IMG/VR virus record: IMGVR_UViG_3300037506_000287
Span: 1-54,067 of that record
Strand: one strand, 5' to 3'
Source of the DNA: a virus
Taxonomy: Duplodnaviria > Caudoviricetes
Length of the DNA: 54,067 nt
This document shows, piece after piece, positions 17,010-26,597 of this stretch; positions within the stretch are counted from its first letter, which is position 1, and each line of letters starts with the position of its first letter. The notes under the pieces were generated by a model, which made no database searches, was not told the origin of the DNA, and saw only the letters and a program-made list of their open reading frames with translations. Position numbers and translations under genes: made by a program.

Positions 17010-17706
17010 GAATGGCGGCACGGACATCAGTCTCATGCTCGACAAGAAAGATGTGAAGGAGGTCAATGAGTTTATTGGTCTGGTACATGCCCTGTTGACC
17101 GAGGAGGGCAAGCCCGATGAGGTGTGGGGGATGCTGCGCGATGAGTTCCGGGGTCAACAGAAGAAAGGGAAAATCCTGGCGGGCAGTCTGTACACTCTCT
17201 GGCAGTGGTGGGAGAGGGAGTTTGCCAAAGAAAAGTTGGAAGGTGACCCGTACGACTCCTATCTCAACGCCGTCCATCTGAACCTGGGCGTAGCCCCGGG
17301 GACTGCCGACAAGTACGTAAAGATGTGGGCCTCGCTGTTCAACAACCCCAAAGTGCCGGATTGGGCCTCCCCTCAACTGATGCGGATGCCGGTTGAGACT
17401 TTGCTGCTCTTGCCATCCGCCGTCAATGACGGTCTGAGCGATGACCAATGGAGGCGAGTGACGGAGGCCTCCACCAAGAGCACCGTCCGCCAAATCGTCA
17501 TCGAGGTGCGCGGCGCTCCAACCAGTGGCAAGCAAGCCATCCACCTGCGCCTCAAAGCCGACGGCAGTCTGGTCGCTTATCAAGGCGAGAGCAAACCGGT
17601 CACCCTCGGCTTTCTGATGATTACCACGAAGGACTTGAAGAACGACATCCGCCGGGACGCCATCGAACGTATCCTGCGCACGGCGGGCATTCTGCGCGAG
17701 GGTTAG
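17002..17706 (+). CDS. hypothetical helical protein, possibly DNA-binding
   Basis: AGGAG RBS; LGVAPGTADKYVKMW is HTH-like. Confidence 0.65.
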   Translation: MIKNGGTDISLMLDKKDVKEVNEFIGLVHALLTEEGKPDEVWGMLRDEFRGQQKKGKILAGSLYTLWQWWEREFAKEKLEGDPYDSYLNAVHLNLGVAPGTADKYVKMWASLFNNPKVPDWASPQLMRMPVETLLLLPSAVNDGLSDDQWRRVTEASTKSTVRQIVIEVRGAPTSGKQAIHLRLKADGSLVAYQGESKPVTLGFLMITTKDLKNDIRRDAIERILRTAGILREG

Positions 17707-18807
17707 ATGACGACCTTCACCGGGAACGACTCCACTGTGACCCGAATGCTGACGGGACTGACGACACTCGACCTGGCAGTGGCCGGTCGGCCTGTGATTG
17801 GAGGAGTGAGGACACTCAAGCCGGGACTGCCTTTGGGATGCTACCACGAGATATACGGCAAGCCCGACACCGGCAAGAACACCCTCGCCGATTATCTGGT
17901 CGGGATGGCTCCGGGCAGGGAAGTAGTAATTGCGTGCGTCGCGGAGATATTGGACAGGGATTACGCCCGCTCCGCTATCGAACAGAGCGGGCGCACCGAC
18001 AAGGTTATCCACATCGTTGAACTGAAGGATGAGAAGGGCGTGCGCCGTGCCCATGAAGATGTGATGAAGGCGATGGTGCGGAAACTGCGCGAGCCAGGAG
18101 TAGGCGCGGCTATATTCGATAACGTCAACAGCGTGCAGCCCAGAGCCGAGGCGGATGGGGACTACGGCGAAGCCTTCGTCGGTAAGCGGGCAAAGCTCAT
18201 GGCCCAATTCGGGCGGGACTTGGTGGGCGTGTTCCTCAATATCGACGAACCCAAAGTCGTTTTCTTCCTCAACCATGTCACCCCCGTCATCGGTTCGATG
18301 GTGCCAGGCATGGTGACAACTCCCGGCGGTGATGTGTATCGGTCGCTGGCGAAGGTGCGACTGATGACGTGGCGCAAGAGCCGTGAGACCAAACACCTCG
18401 ACGGGGCGGGGTTTGTCGCCGAGGGGAAGGTGGAAAAGAACACCTACGGCGGCAAAGGTCGGGAATTTCAATTCGTGGTACTCGACAACATCGGCCTGAG
18501 CCGCGACCTGACCGCCGTCGAGGATTGCCTAGCCCTTGGATTGGCCGAGAAGAACAGCCAAGGCTACCTAATGATTGACGGAGAGAAGCTACCTCGTCAC
18601 ACCCAACTGGTGTTGCACGCCCAACTGGACAACAAGCCTGGACTGTTCCAGCCCTTCCATGCCGCCCTCGCCCGGTACGTCAAGGCGGAGTGTGAGGCGG
18701 CGCTAAAGGAAGTGCCAACCGAGAACGAGGCGGAGACGAACGCCACCGACCTCGAACCGGTACTCATCCCTCGGCCTGCCAAGAAAAAGAAAGGCAGGCA
18801 GAAATGA
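17707..18807 (+). CDS. recA: RecA/UvsX-like recombinase
   Basis: TGLTTLD, EIYGKPDTGK, FDNV, FLNH, TPGG, KN motifs in RecA order. Confidence 0.85.
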   Translation: MTTFTGNDSTVTRMLTGLTTLDLAVAGRPVIGGVRTLKPGLPLGCYHEIYGKPDTGKNTLADYLVGMAPGREVVIACVAEILDRDYARSAIEQSGRTDKVIHIVELKDEKGVRRAHEDVMKAMVRKLREPGVGAAIFDNVNSVQPRAEADGDYGEAFVGKRAKLMAQFGRDLVGVFLNIDEPKVVFFLNHVTPVIGSMVPGMVTTPGGDVYRSLAKVRLMTWRKSRETKHLDGAGFVAEGKVEKNTYGGKGREFQFVVLDNIGLSRDLTAVEDCLALGLAEKNSQGYLMIDGEKLPRHTQLVLHAQLDNKPGLFQPFHAALARYVKAECEAALKEVPTENEAETNATDLEPVLIPRPAKKKKGRQK

Positions 18808-18867
18808 AGCGCCGGATTGTCTGTCTCTCGGTCATCCTATGCAAGTGGGAAACCCAGGAGGTGAAGA

Positions 18868-19581
18868 GTGAGTAAGACTTTCTCGATCTCGCCCTCCGGT
18901 CTGACCGCTTTCTTTTCCTGCCCCGCCCGCTACCGGTATCAGCAGGAATGGAAACCCCTCCGCTTGTCGGCGGAGTTGCAGGATGGGATTGACACGCACG
19001 CGGCGTTGGCGGGCGAGAAAAATCCAGCCACGCTGAACGAACGGTCGGCTTTCTTCTACCGGAACCTGAAGGCAATGGCCGAGCCGTACACCGTCCTACA
19101 GACGGAACAGCGCCAGGTAGTGGAGTTCCATGGCGTGCGGTTGGTGCGAGTGATTGACGTGAAAGCCCGATTGGGTCGGGAAGGGATTATCGTGGATTAC
19201 AAGACCGCCAAAAGCAACTGGACAAGAGGGCCGGACGGGGGGTACCCCAAAGGACAGGGCTTTCAAGCCGCCGCTTATCTCATCCCGCCCACCGACAAAC
19301 GCGACCTGAAACCCTACCGAACCTGGCCGACTCTGATAGCCTTCCTCGTCGCTTCTCAAGGGGGCCGGCACCTCACCGTATCGTACCGGCGCATCCCGGC
19401 GGACAGCAAGAACCTGGCTGAGGCGATTGACACGGTGAAAGGCGCGACCGTCTTCCCGAAGAACCGGGGCTTCAATTGCGGCTACTGCCCATTCGATGCT
19501 CTCTGCTACAACGTGAAGGGGTGGGAAGATAAATATCAGCGGCGCGTCAAGGACGAACCGGTCGAGGAGACGGCTGAATGA
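18868..19581 (+). CDS. PD-(D/E)XK (RecB/Cas4-like) exonuclease
   Basis: SPS....CP.RY, ID...VDYKT, Q...Y, C..CPF...C. Confidence 0.85.
   Translation: MSKTFSISPSGLTAFFSCPARYRYQQEWKPLRLSAELQDGIDTHAALAGEKNPATLNERSAFFYRNLKAMAEPYTVLQTEQRQVVEFHGVRLVRVIDVKARLGREGIIVDYKTAKSNWTRGPDGGYPKGQGFQAAAYLIPPTDKRDLKPYRTWPTLIAFLVASQGGRHLTVSYRRIPADSKNLAEAIDTVKGATVFPKNRGFNCGYCPFDALCYNVKGWEDKYQRRVKDEPVEETAE
18870..18884. promoter_or_regulatory. palindromic site, 1 mismatch
   Basis: GAGTAAG-A-CTTTCTC overlapping the GTG start. Confidence 0.5.
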
Positions 19582-20120
19582 GCGACATCATCTTCGACCC
19601 GGCCCCCTTCGTACATGCCGGGCTATCCCTCCCCATCCAAGTGTATCCCTTCAGCACCCACGTTCAGACTGCGGAGGTGATTATTGCCATCGATCCGGGC
19701 ACGGAACATTTCGGGGTCGCCTATCAACGTGACTGCTCTGGCTATGCGGTGCAGTGCGACTTCCCCCACGCTCCCGACCGGATCGAGAATCGACTGGTGG
19801 AGATCGCCGGACTGCTGTACGGCATGTCCGACCAGATATTTCACCATGTTGGGCAAGGCCGCGCGTTCATTGAGGCGGCCGCCTACAGCCGAGGTCGAGG
19901 CGAGGCCGGGCTGGGGATGATGCGCGGTATGTGCTTTGCCATCCTCTACCAAGGCTTTCGAGCCAAGCGTGTGACGCTGGCCCACATCCAAACCGTACGC
20001 AAGGCAGTGTTGGGAGATGGCAAGAAGAAAGCCCATGCCCGATGGCCTCATCTCAAGCCGGACGCCGCCGCTGCCTTGTCTATCCTCATCTACGGGAGAG
20101 ATTACTATGGACGATTATGA
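19578..20120 (+). CDS. ruvC: RuvC-like Holliday junction resolvase
   Basis: IAIDPG...FG, FIE, VRKAVLGDG, D..AA. Confidence 0.75.
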   Translation: MSDIIFDPAPFVHAGLSLPIQVYPFSTHVQTAEVIIAIDPGTEHFGVAYQRDCSGYAVQCDFPHAPDRIENRLVEIAGLLYGMSDQIFHHVGQGRAFIEAAAYSRGRGEAGLGMMRGMCFAILYQGFRAKRVTLAHIQTVRKAVLGDGKKKAHARWPHLKPDAAAALSILIYGRDYYGRL

Positions 20121-20430
20121 CCGCCTCATCCTGGAATGGCTGGAGATGATCGACCCCCAGTCGTGGTGCGATGGAGAGTTCATCCAGGGGCAGTGTCTGA
20201 TCTGCGGCCATGAAGTCGTAGAACCGCATCACCCCGCGATACCCGACTACGCCAACTGTCCCGACCGGTTGGATAGCGTGGAGCTTCAGGTCGCAGCCCG
20301 AGGTTGGTCAGGGCTGTATGTGACCCTGCTACAACGACACCCGGAGATGGCAACTGCCCGGGTCACGTTCCTGGCAGAGGTGGCAAAGGAATTGCGCCAC
20401 AGGGACAGGATTAAATTGTGGGAACCATGA
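20107..20430 (+). CDS. hypothetical protein
   Basis: GGAG RBS, ATG 20107; CLIC motif. Confidence 0.55.
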   Translation: MDDYDRLILEWLEMIDPQSWCDGEFIQGQCLICGHEVVEPHHPAIPDYANCPDRLDSVELQVAARGWSGLYVTLLQRHPEMATARVTFLAEVAKELRHRDRIKLWEP

Positions 20431-20633
20431 CTGACTTCAAATACACGGTGGTTGAGCGCACACCCGAACAGGTCGTGGTGCGCCTGACTGCCGGACATCA
20501 CGAGGACTGGCACGAGATTGGGAAGCTGACGTTCTCGCTTCAGGAGTGGCGCGAGTTCGAGATAACCGTCTGCCATCCCAATGCGCAGATCACCGAACGC
20601 CTGAAACTCAAATCGTGGGTTGCGACCGACTGA
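20427..20633 (+). CDS. hypothetical protein
   Basis: ATGA overlap; ends at the terminator. Confidence 0.55.
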   Translation: MTDFKYTVVERTPEQVVVRLTAGHHEDWHEIGKLTFSLQEWREFEITVCHPNAQITERLKLKSWVATD

Positions 20634-20672
20634 ATAGAAAAGCCCCGGTGGGCGAGCCGGGGCTTTTCTATT
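20633..20672. terminator. bidirectional rho-independent terminator
   Basis: AATAGAAAAGCCCCGG-loop-CCGGGGCTTTTCTATT between convergent modules. Confidence 0.9.
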
Positions 20673-20707
20673 GGGGCACTACGGGGATCGGGGGAGACTT
20701 ACCCCAA

Positions 20708-21025
20708 TTATTGCGCTTTGCGTTTCTTTGTCAACAGGTGAGTCGCCTGATTCGTCCCTAAAGATACGAACCAGATGTCCAGCGCCCGAACACCGCCGGC
20801 CACGTCGCAGGTCATCGCAGTCGCTACCCCGCCGCACGAAGCTGAAAACACGACCAGCACGACCAAGCCGGTCAGGAGCGCCATCAGCCCGGCTTTCTGA
20901 GACGGCTGGAGCGCCCCGAACCAGTCGGACAGACCGGGCACTCGCTCCAATCCGATAGCGAGGAGGACACCGGCCAGTCCCGCTACCCGTTCCGGGGTCA
21001 TTTCTTTCAACAGAAGTTCCAACAT
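20708..21025 (-). CDS. holin-like membrane protein
   Basis: AGGAG RBS; 2-3 hydrophobic helices, basic C-terminus; last gene of the late operon. Confidence 0.65.
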   Translation of the reverse strand: MLELLLKEMTPERVAGLAGVLLAIGLERVPGLSDWFGALQPSQKAGLMALLTGLVVLVVFSASCGGVATAMTCDVAGGVRALDIWFVSLGTNQATHLLTKKRKAQ

Positions 21026-21050
21026 GACATTCTCCTTACGATGATGCGGG

Positions 21051-21359
21051 TTAACCCGCGATTTCCTTTTGCAACGCTTCCTCGAAGTTGAGGACATGCT
21101 CCACATAGACCACTGACATCCGACCCGCCGCAAATAGTTTCTCGATCTGAGTCAGCAGCCACAACTTATTCTCGCGGGTGAGGTCGTACGGATACTTGAG
21201 AGGGTCAGCCTCCTTCAAATTGAAGGTGCGATTGTGGAGTTCGTCCAGTTTCAAGCGAGTGCTCAATGCCACCACTACCCGCCCATCCTCACGGTTCACC
21301 TGTTGGATAGTCGCAATCAGATAGGCCACTACCAAGCGGTCGATCAACGAGAGTTCCAT
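21051..21359 (-). CDS. hypothetical protein in the lysis region
   Basis: RBS and ORF in series. Confidence 0.6.
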   Translation of the reverse strand: MELSLIDRLVVAYLIATIQQVNREDGRVVVALSTRLKLDELHNRTFNLKEADPLKYPYDLTRENKLWLLTQIEKLFAAGRMSVVYVEHVLNFEEALQKEIAG

Positions 21360-21391
21360 ATCTTCCTTCCTTTCACCCTTAGTATCCGACT

Positions 21392-22552
21392 TCAGCCGCC
21401 GCCCGTCAACTCCCGAAGGATGGTCGCAATCTCAGTCGGACTCAGATTGAACGGCCCATCATAGGGGTCTTTGCGGCGGTCGGCCAGATAACCCATGCCA
21501 CCTTTGACTGCCAACCGCTGCCACCAATCGCTACCGTAAGCCAGCCTTTTGCGCGCTCGGTTGAGCGCATTGATAACATCCTGATTAGTTCGCACCGAGG
21601 ACGGCGGGATAGTCTCAGGCAGAGCATTGGGGATGTCTCGTTGCGACCTCATGTACAGCATCCACGACTCCAGCAGATAATTATAGTTTTGCTCCGACCA
21701 CCGTTCGTCGGGATCGCAAGTGAAAGGAGTAACCCCGAGCACGTACCAGTCTTTCCGCACCTCCAGGTCGTACCAGAAAAGATTGCGGAGCGTGACTGAG
21801 ATATGGGCCGGGTCGTAAGTCCCACCGCCGTACCACTCGGACACAATGAGAGGCACGACCTGTCCGATTCGCTTCAAGAGGGCGTACAAATAGCGGTAGC
21901 GCAGATTGCCATCTCCGGCCCCGAAAACGAAAGGTGCTCCCGGAATAGGACGTGCGTCGGGGTCAACCCCCAGCACTCCGGCCCAGGGCGGGGTCAGACT
22001 TTCGTGGGGCAAGATGCCCTCATGCACCGTCAGGACATGCCCGCCTCGCTTCATATCCACGAATACACCTGTGTCCACGAACGCCTGCATCTCACCCCAC
22101 TCAGGCGTCCCGTAGTTGAATGCCGGGCCAGCCACTCGAAATCCCCGCCGTTCCGCTTCCCGACACACCTGCTGCCAGAACAACCCCAACTCCCGATACC
22201 CCGCCACGCCGGGCGGGTCACTCTCGTTCAACACCTCTTTGTAATCAGCGGCGTTCCATTCTACGTCTACGGGAACCTCGGAGCGCACGAAGTCCAACAG
22301 GATACGAGCTTCATGCTCATAGTTCGACTTGCCGAAAATGTACGACGGGTCATCCCAAGCCGTCTTGATTCTGGTAACGGTGATTGTCTTTGGATTGATG
22401 CGTTTGGCTGTGAGAGCCAAACTCTCGACGTGAACGTTCTTGTGGATCGGCCACGCCCAGCCTTCATGTTTAGCTCTGAGTAAGGCTTTCTCGCCTGCTT
22501 CGCCGTTGCGAAGGACATGCGGCCCGAATTTGCTCCCGGTCGTGACGATCAT
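21392..22552 (-). CDS. TIM-barrel glycoside hydrolase-like protein (candidate lysin)
   Basis: ATGA overlap at 22549-22552; EVLNE, LTVHE, LIVSEW spaced like clan GH-A catalytic motifs. Confidence 0.55.
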   Translation of the reverse strand: MIVTTGSKFGPHVLRNGEAGEKALLRAKHEGWAWPIHKNVHVESLALTAKRINPKTITVTRIKTAWDDPSYIFGKSNYEHEARILLDFVRSEVPVDVEWNAADYKEVLNESDPPGVAGYRELGLFWQQVCREAERRGFRVAGPAFNYGTPEWGEMQAFVDTGVFVDMKRGGHVLTVHEGILPHESLTPPWAGVLGVDPDARPIPGAPFVFGAGDGNLRYRYLYALLKRIGQVVPLIVSEWYGGGTYDPAHISVTLRNLFWYDLEVRKDWYVLGVTPFTCDPDERWSEQNYNYLLESWMLYMRSQRDIPNALPETIPPSSVRTNQDVINALNRARKRLAYGSDWWQRLAVKGGMGYLADRRKDPYDGPFNLSPTEIATILRELTGGG

Positions 22553-23640
22553 GCAGCCCTCACCATCGAAATATCGGGCGTCCAGTTGGGGACCGCGTTC
22601 ACATTCAAATTCCCCCCGCTGTTTTGATACGCCATAAGCTCCACGTAGTCGCCTGCCAACATCGAGTAGTGGCATGACACACTGAGCGGATGATTGACTC
22701 CGTTTATGGCAGTCATCCGCACCGCCGCGATAAATGTCGATCCGTTCAGCCTGATTCCGACTGCGCGAACGCCGGTGGAATTGCTGTCAAACTCGATATT
22801 GCCGTTGATCTGATAGACGCCTGATCGTTGAGCGGTCATGCGGCTGGTGTTTGTAGTCGTCGAGTGAATGCCGTCAGTGTCGAATCGCTCGCTATCAAGC
22901 GGGACAGCCAACCAGTTACCCGTCGAGTTGTGCGTGAAGGCGACACTGTTGTACGCCCGTGCACCAAGCGCCGTGCTTATACGAATCGATCCATTTATAT
23001 CGACGTTCCCCTCGATGTCGACTTCCGCACCGAAAGAATTCGCTGTCGCTTGAACTGACGCAGCGGTGAGGCCGTTGTAGATGCTGGTAATAAGACTGAC
23101 GGCATTTTGACCGGAACTTGCCTGCGAAATCAAACGAGTTCTAGTATCGCGGCTAGTGCGGGAGGCTCCTATATCGATGCTCGATGTAGTACCGTTGTCA
23201 AAAGAACTGATTACGCCAACCTCTGTAGCCCCGTCGAGAAACTTGATGGAACGGACGCTTGATGGTGCGGTTGTGACCGATATGGAGATGCCGTTCGCGT
23301 CTAACGTCACCACTCCGCCACCTGCGAGGGCTACCCCATCGGTCGCTCGCAGACCGAACTGTAAAATATCGTTGTTGATCCCGACGACATGCCATTGCGA
23401 TCCGCCATACACCATCGCAGGGTAGGCGATTCGGACACCGGAGAACCCCAAGCCCGGCTCACGCCCGTTCCCCGCCCGGAACTCGCCTGCCGTAATCAAG
23501 CCGAGTTGCGGCGTAATATCCGACAGACCCGACACCACAATCACCTGCGTGGTACCCGCAATCGCTTGCCGGGAAGCGATCCCCTGCACCCGCATGTTGA
23601 TGTCATTTAGAACGTCCAAAAGCTGCTGTAGATCAGCCAT
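22549..23640 (-). CDS. tail fibre/spike with C1q/TNF-like C-terminal domain
   Basis: Beta-rich; FDTDGIH...GVYQING...GDYVELMAYQNSG. Confidence 0.75.
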   Translation of the reverse strand: MADLQQLLDVLNDINMRVQGIASRQAIAGTTQVIVVSGLSDITPQLGLITAGEFRAGNGREPGLGFSGVRIAYPAMVYGGSQWHVVGINNDILQFGLRATDGVALAGGGVVTLDANGISISVTTAPSSVRSIKFLDGATEVGVISSFDNGTTSSIDIGASRTSRDTRTRLISQASSGQNAVSLITSIYNGLTAASVQATANSFGAEVDIEGNVDINGSIRISTALGARAYNSVAFTHNSTGNWLAVPLDSERFDTDGIHSTTTNTSRMTAQRSGVYQINGNIEFDSNSTGVRAVGIRLNGSTFIAAVRMTAINGVNHPLSVSCHYSMLAGDYVELMAYQNSGGNLNVNAVPNWTPDISMVRAA

Positions 23641-24334
23641 TCAATCCCTCCAACGCAGTAACGTTGAGAAACAAAGAATGGATTAGATTACTCAGCTGAT
23701 TCAAGTCTGTCACTGGCAATGATTGTTGTGGATGATCGTGCGGGCCAAATGCGCCCCCGCCACCTCCGACCGGGCCGAGTCTGAACACCATCCGCATGAA
23801 TTCTTCCAGCTTATCCTCTCGATAACAGATGTCGTCATCGAAAATATACTGAAGGTAACCATACTCCGCGAATATCTGATTTTGCTCCTCGTCTTTGCGG
23901 ATACGCAGGAACGCCTCGTGGGTCGGGCCGGCTGGATTGAGTACCAACCCCAACCGAGGAAACAAGAAGTCGGCTACCAACCCGCCCAATTCCACCCGCC
24001 CACCCTCCAACGACGATTGCATCGAGAAGTCTGACCCTTCCACGAAACGCAGGACGGTGGTCAGATACTTGTGAACGATGCGCTCAGGGAGCGTGCCGGT
24101 AATCCCCTGCGTAGCCCTGGCCTCCAGAGGGTCTTCGCCCACCAAAGTTCGTTGCGGCCCGCGCCGGTGCGTAACGAAGTACCACCGATCCGGCCTCAGC
24201 AGTTCCGTCCGCAACAAATCGCGGCGGTGCAACCGCAAGGGCCTGTCGGTGGGTTGGGGGACGCGGATGCGAAATTGCTTGCTCTTCCAAGTCAGTTTGA
24301 TCCGCGTGAAAGTGGGCTTACGACGAGGCGGCAT
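23633..24334 (-). CDS. DUF559/Vsr-like nuclease-fold protein in the tail module
   Basis: TLPERIV...Q...GG.VADF......LNPAGPTH...KD......GY. Confidence 0.55.
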   Translation of the reverse strand: MPPRRKPTFTRIKLTWKSKQFRIRVPQPTDRPLRLHRRDLLRTELLRPDRWYFVTHRRGPQRTLVGEDPLEARATQGITGTLPERIVHKYLTTVLRFVEGSDFSMQSSLEGGRVELGGLVADFLFPRLGLVLNPAGPTHEAFLRIRKDEEQNQIFAEYGYLQYIFDDDICYREDKLEEFMRMVFRLGPVGGGGGAFGPHDHPQQSLPVTDLNQLSNLIHSLFLNVTALEGLNG

Positions 24335-26151
24335 TACGCAGCCTCCACCAAGTTCACCTGGACGACATGCTCTATGTCGGGGGCGTTGTCCTCTCCCTCA
24401 CCGTCTGAGTGCATCTCAACTGCGCGGATAGTGAAAGCAGATATATACACCCGCCACACATCGCCCCAGATGTCGGTGTAGGTCAACGGGGCCTTGCTAT
24501 CTCGATCCGCCCTCAAGTTCGTCACAATGTCGTAGGCTGTGCGCTCGTCCTCCATCCCGGCATGTTCCATGTGCGACGCCGCCGGGATGTTGAAGCTCCA
24601 ACCATAGCGCACATCAGGCCGCATAATGAAGCGCAGCGTGAACCCCTCCAACACCGGGGTTTGCTGAAAGCTGTTGGTCACGAAATCAAACCGCAACCGA
24701 ATGAACCGAAACTCGACCGACGGATTGCCTCCCGGATTGGTAAGTTCCGTCACTCCACTCACTGCGACTGTGCTCCACAACACCCAAGGGCCCCCATCCA
24801 AAGAATAGTAGACCGGGATGTTGACGTTGGCGCTCACCGCCGAGGTCTCGACTATCAGAGACGTGACTGACTTGATGACGCGCCTAAAACCCATATCGAG
24901 GCGGCTGGTGAGCAGGGAATGAGTACCGGTGGTAGGGAAGTTGGAGTACGGGAACTCGCTCAGATTTTGCTGTTGGATGTAGTAGGTCGCATCCGCCGTT
25001 GTGTCGTGGTGATACCACAGATAATTGTTGACAGCATCGTAGGCCATCGCGGAGATACTGCCCGTCGTTCCACTCATCAAATTCGCCAGCTTGAACCAAC
25101 CCACCCCGTCATAACACAGCAGGTCTTCAGCATACGAGAACTGATTGTCACGAGCAGTGCAATAGAGAAAGCGGCCCACCGACACGAAATTGTCGAAGTT
25201 GCCGTAGGTGATGTAGGGGAAGACATCAGAGACGCGCGGCGGGGTAATGTCGGCCAGCCGTACACCGTTCCACTGAAAAATACGATCACGGATGGGAAAG
25301 ACCAACTGGCCGTTATGAACCGCCCACGACCGAAAGTTGTTGCCGCTCACCTGGTCGGAGAAATCAAGCACCTTGCGCGCAATGCGCTGCTCGTCAATCG
25401 TCCACATCCCATCGTGACGGAAGACGTAGAGCTTGCCGTTGAAAGAGATGGCTCCGACGGTCGTGAAATTGCCGAAACCGACGTAGATGGCGTCGGGATC
25501 AGAAGTAGTGCCTTCCAGATCAGAAAGGTCTTCCTGATTGGAAAAGTGTACCCGATTGGTGTTCGCCTTGCCCGCGTACACCAACCCGTTGTGAATCACC
25601 AGCCATGAATAGTCGTTGGCATTGGCGTCTAAACCGGCGTCCTGATGCACCAAGCCGGTCGTCACACGACGCAATCGGTTGGCCCCGGTACGAGAGACGA
25701 AAAGGTAAGAGCCGGTTGCCAGGACAGCCTGTACCGCGCCGTAGCCGCCGCTGTCCGACCACGCCCCTGAGTTGTAACGACGTAACCCGCCTGCCCCAAA
25801 CCCCCACCAGTCACCATTGAAAGCAGTAAAGCCCTCTTTGCGATTGTTGTTGGTGTCACTCGACGTGCTGTTGGTGTACAACATCGCCACACCGCTGTGG
25901 CGGGTATCCACGCGGCCGTCCGTTCGCAGATAACCCATCGCATCATCGAACCACGAGAAGCCGAAACCATGCCGCCAGTCCGTTTGGAGGAGCGGCTGGT
26001 ACAGACCCAACTCAGAATGAAGAATTGAGCCGCCCGGCGTCGCCCGGCGAGGCGAGAAGTCCACCACGTCCGACTGCCGATATGATTCCAGATCGACCCG
26101 ATAGGGCCGACCATTGAGAAGGATGTGACCACGTGCCGGGGTCGCAGGCAT
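24334..26151 (-). CDS. tail nozzle/stabilisation beta-propeller protein
   Basis: 605 aa of repeated beta-blade segments; TSRLDMGF..VIK; follows the adaptor. Confidence 0.7.
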   Translation of the reverse strand: MPATPARGHILLNGRPYRVDLESYRQSDVVDFSPRRATPGGSILHSELGLYQPLLQTDWRHGFGFSWFDDAMGYLRTDGRVDTRHSGVAMLYTNSTSSDTNNNRKEGFTAFNGDWWGFGAGGLRRYNSGAWSDSGGYGAVQAVLATGSYLFVSRTGANRLRRVTTGLVHQDAGLDANANDYSWLVIHNGLVYAGKANTNRVHFSNQEDLSDLEGTTSDPDAIYVGFGNFTTVGAISFNGKLYVFRHDGMWTIDEQRIARKVLDFSDQVSGNNFRSWAVHNGQLVFPIRDRIFQWNGVRLADITPPRVSDVFPYITYGNFDNFVSVGRFLYCTARDNQFSYAEDLLCYDGVGWFKLANLMSGTTGSISAMAYDAVNNYLWYHHDTTADATYYIQQQNLSEFPYSNFPTTGTHSLLTSRLDMGFRRVIKSVTSLIVETSAVSANVNIPVYYSLDGGPWVLWSTVAVSGVTELTNPGGNPSVEFRFIRLRFDFVTNSFQQTPVLEGFTLRFIMRPDVRYGWSFNIPAASHMEHAGMEDERTAYDIVTNLRADRDSKAPLTYTDIWGDVWRVYISAFTIRAVEMHSDGEGEDNAPDIEHVVQVNLVEAA

Positions 26152-26597
26152 TACGCCCTCGATGCCCGCATCTTCTTCATACGGGCGATGAAGTCCACTA
26201 CTTGTGTCCGGCTATTGAAAGTCGGCCGCGCCACTTGCAGCGGTGCAATTCCACTGAACGGGACGGCTGTATGCGGCACGACCGGAGGCACGCCGAGCAC
26301 GGGCGGAGGCGCTGGGGTCGGGGGAGTCTTTGGTTTGCGACCTGGGCCGGGATCGCTAATCATCCCCAGCTTGAAACCCTGCCGATACCCCTGTTCGATG
26401 CCAGGCGGTGGCATCCCCGATAACCACCTGGGCGGGGGTTGATCGATTGGGAGCGGCGGCGTCTCGTGAATGGGGGCAGGCGTTCCCCCGGGCGGCAGGC
26501 CAACCCTCGGCGGGGGCACTCTATCGCCGTCTCTTCCACTCCCCTCCCAGGGATTGATCCCAATCCCGGGAGTTATCGAGTAAGTCTTACTCACCAT
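26151..26597 (-). CDS. Pro-rich hypothetical late protein
   Basis: TGATG coupling at 26597 and TAATG coupling at 26151. Confidence 0.6.
   Translation of the reverse strand: MVSKTYSITPGIGINPWEGSGRDGDRVPPPRVGLPPGGTPAPIHETPPLPIDQPPPRWLSGMPPPGIEQGYRQGFKLGMISDPGPGRKPKTPPTPAPPPVLGVPPVVPHTAVPFSGIAPLQVARPTFNSRTQVVDFIARMKKMRASRA
26578..26592. promoter_or_regulatory. palindromic site GAGTAAG-T-CTTACTC
   Basis: Perfect copy just inside the start of 26597(-). Confidence 0.6.

Noticed and set aside
16936-18471. 511-aa minus-strand ORF and other long antisense ORFs (e.g. 35590-36549, 46427-47485, 48871-49818)
   Set aside because: Antisense shadows of well-supported genes in GC-rich DNA.
18868-19581. Cas4-like nuclease as part of a CRISPR-Cas system with csx15
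   Set aside because: It lies in a RecA-RuvC recombination module 14 kb away, and there is no cas1, cas10 or array.
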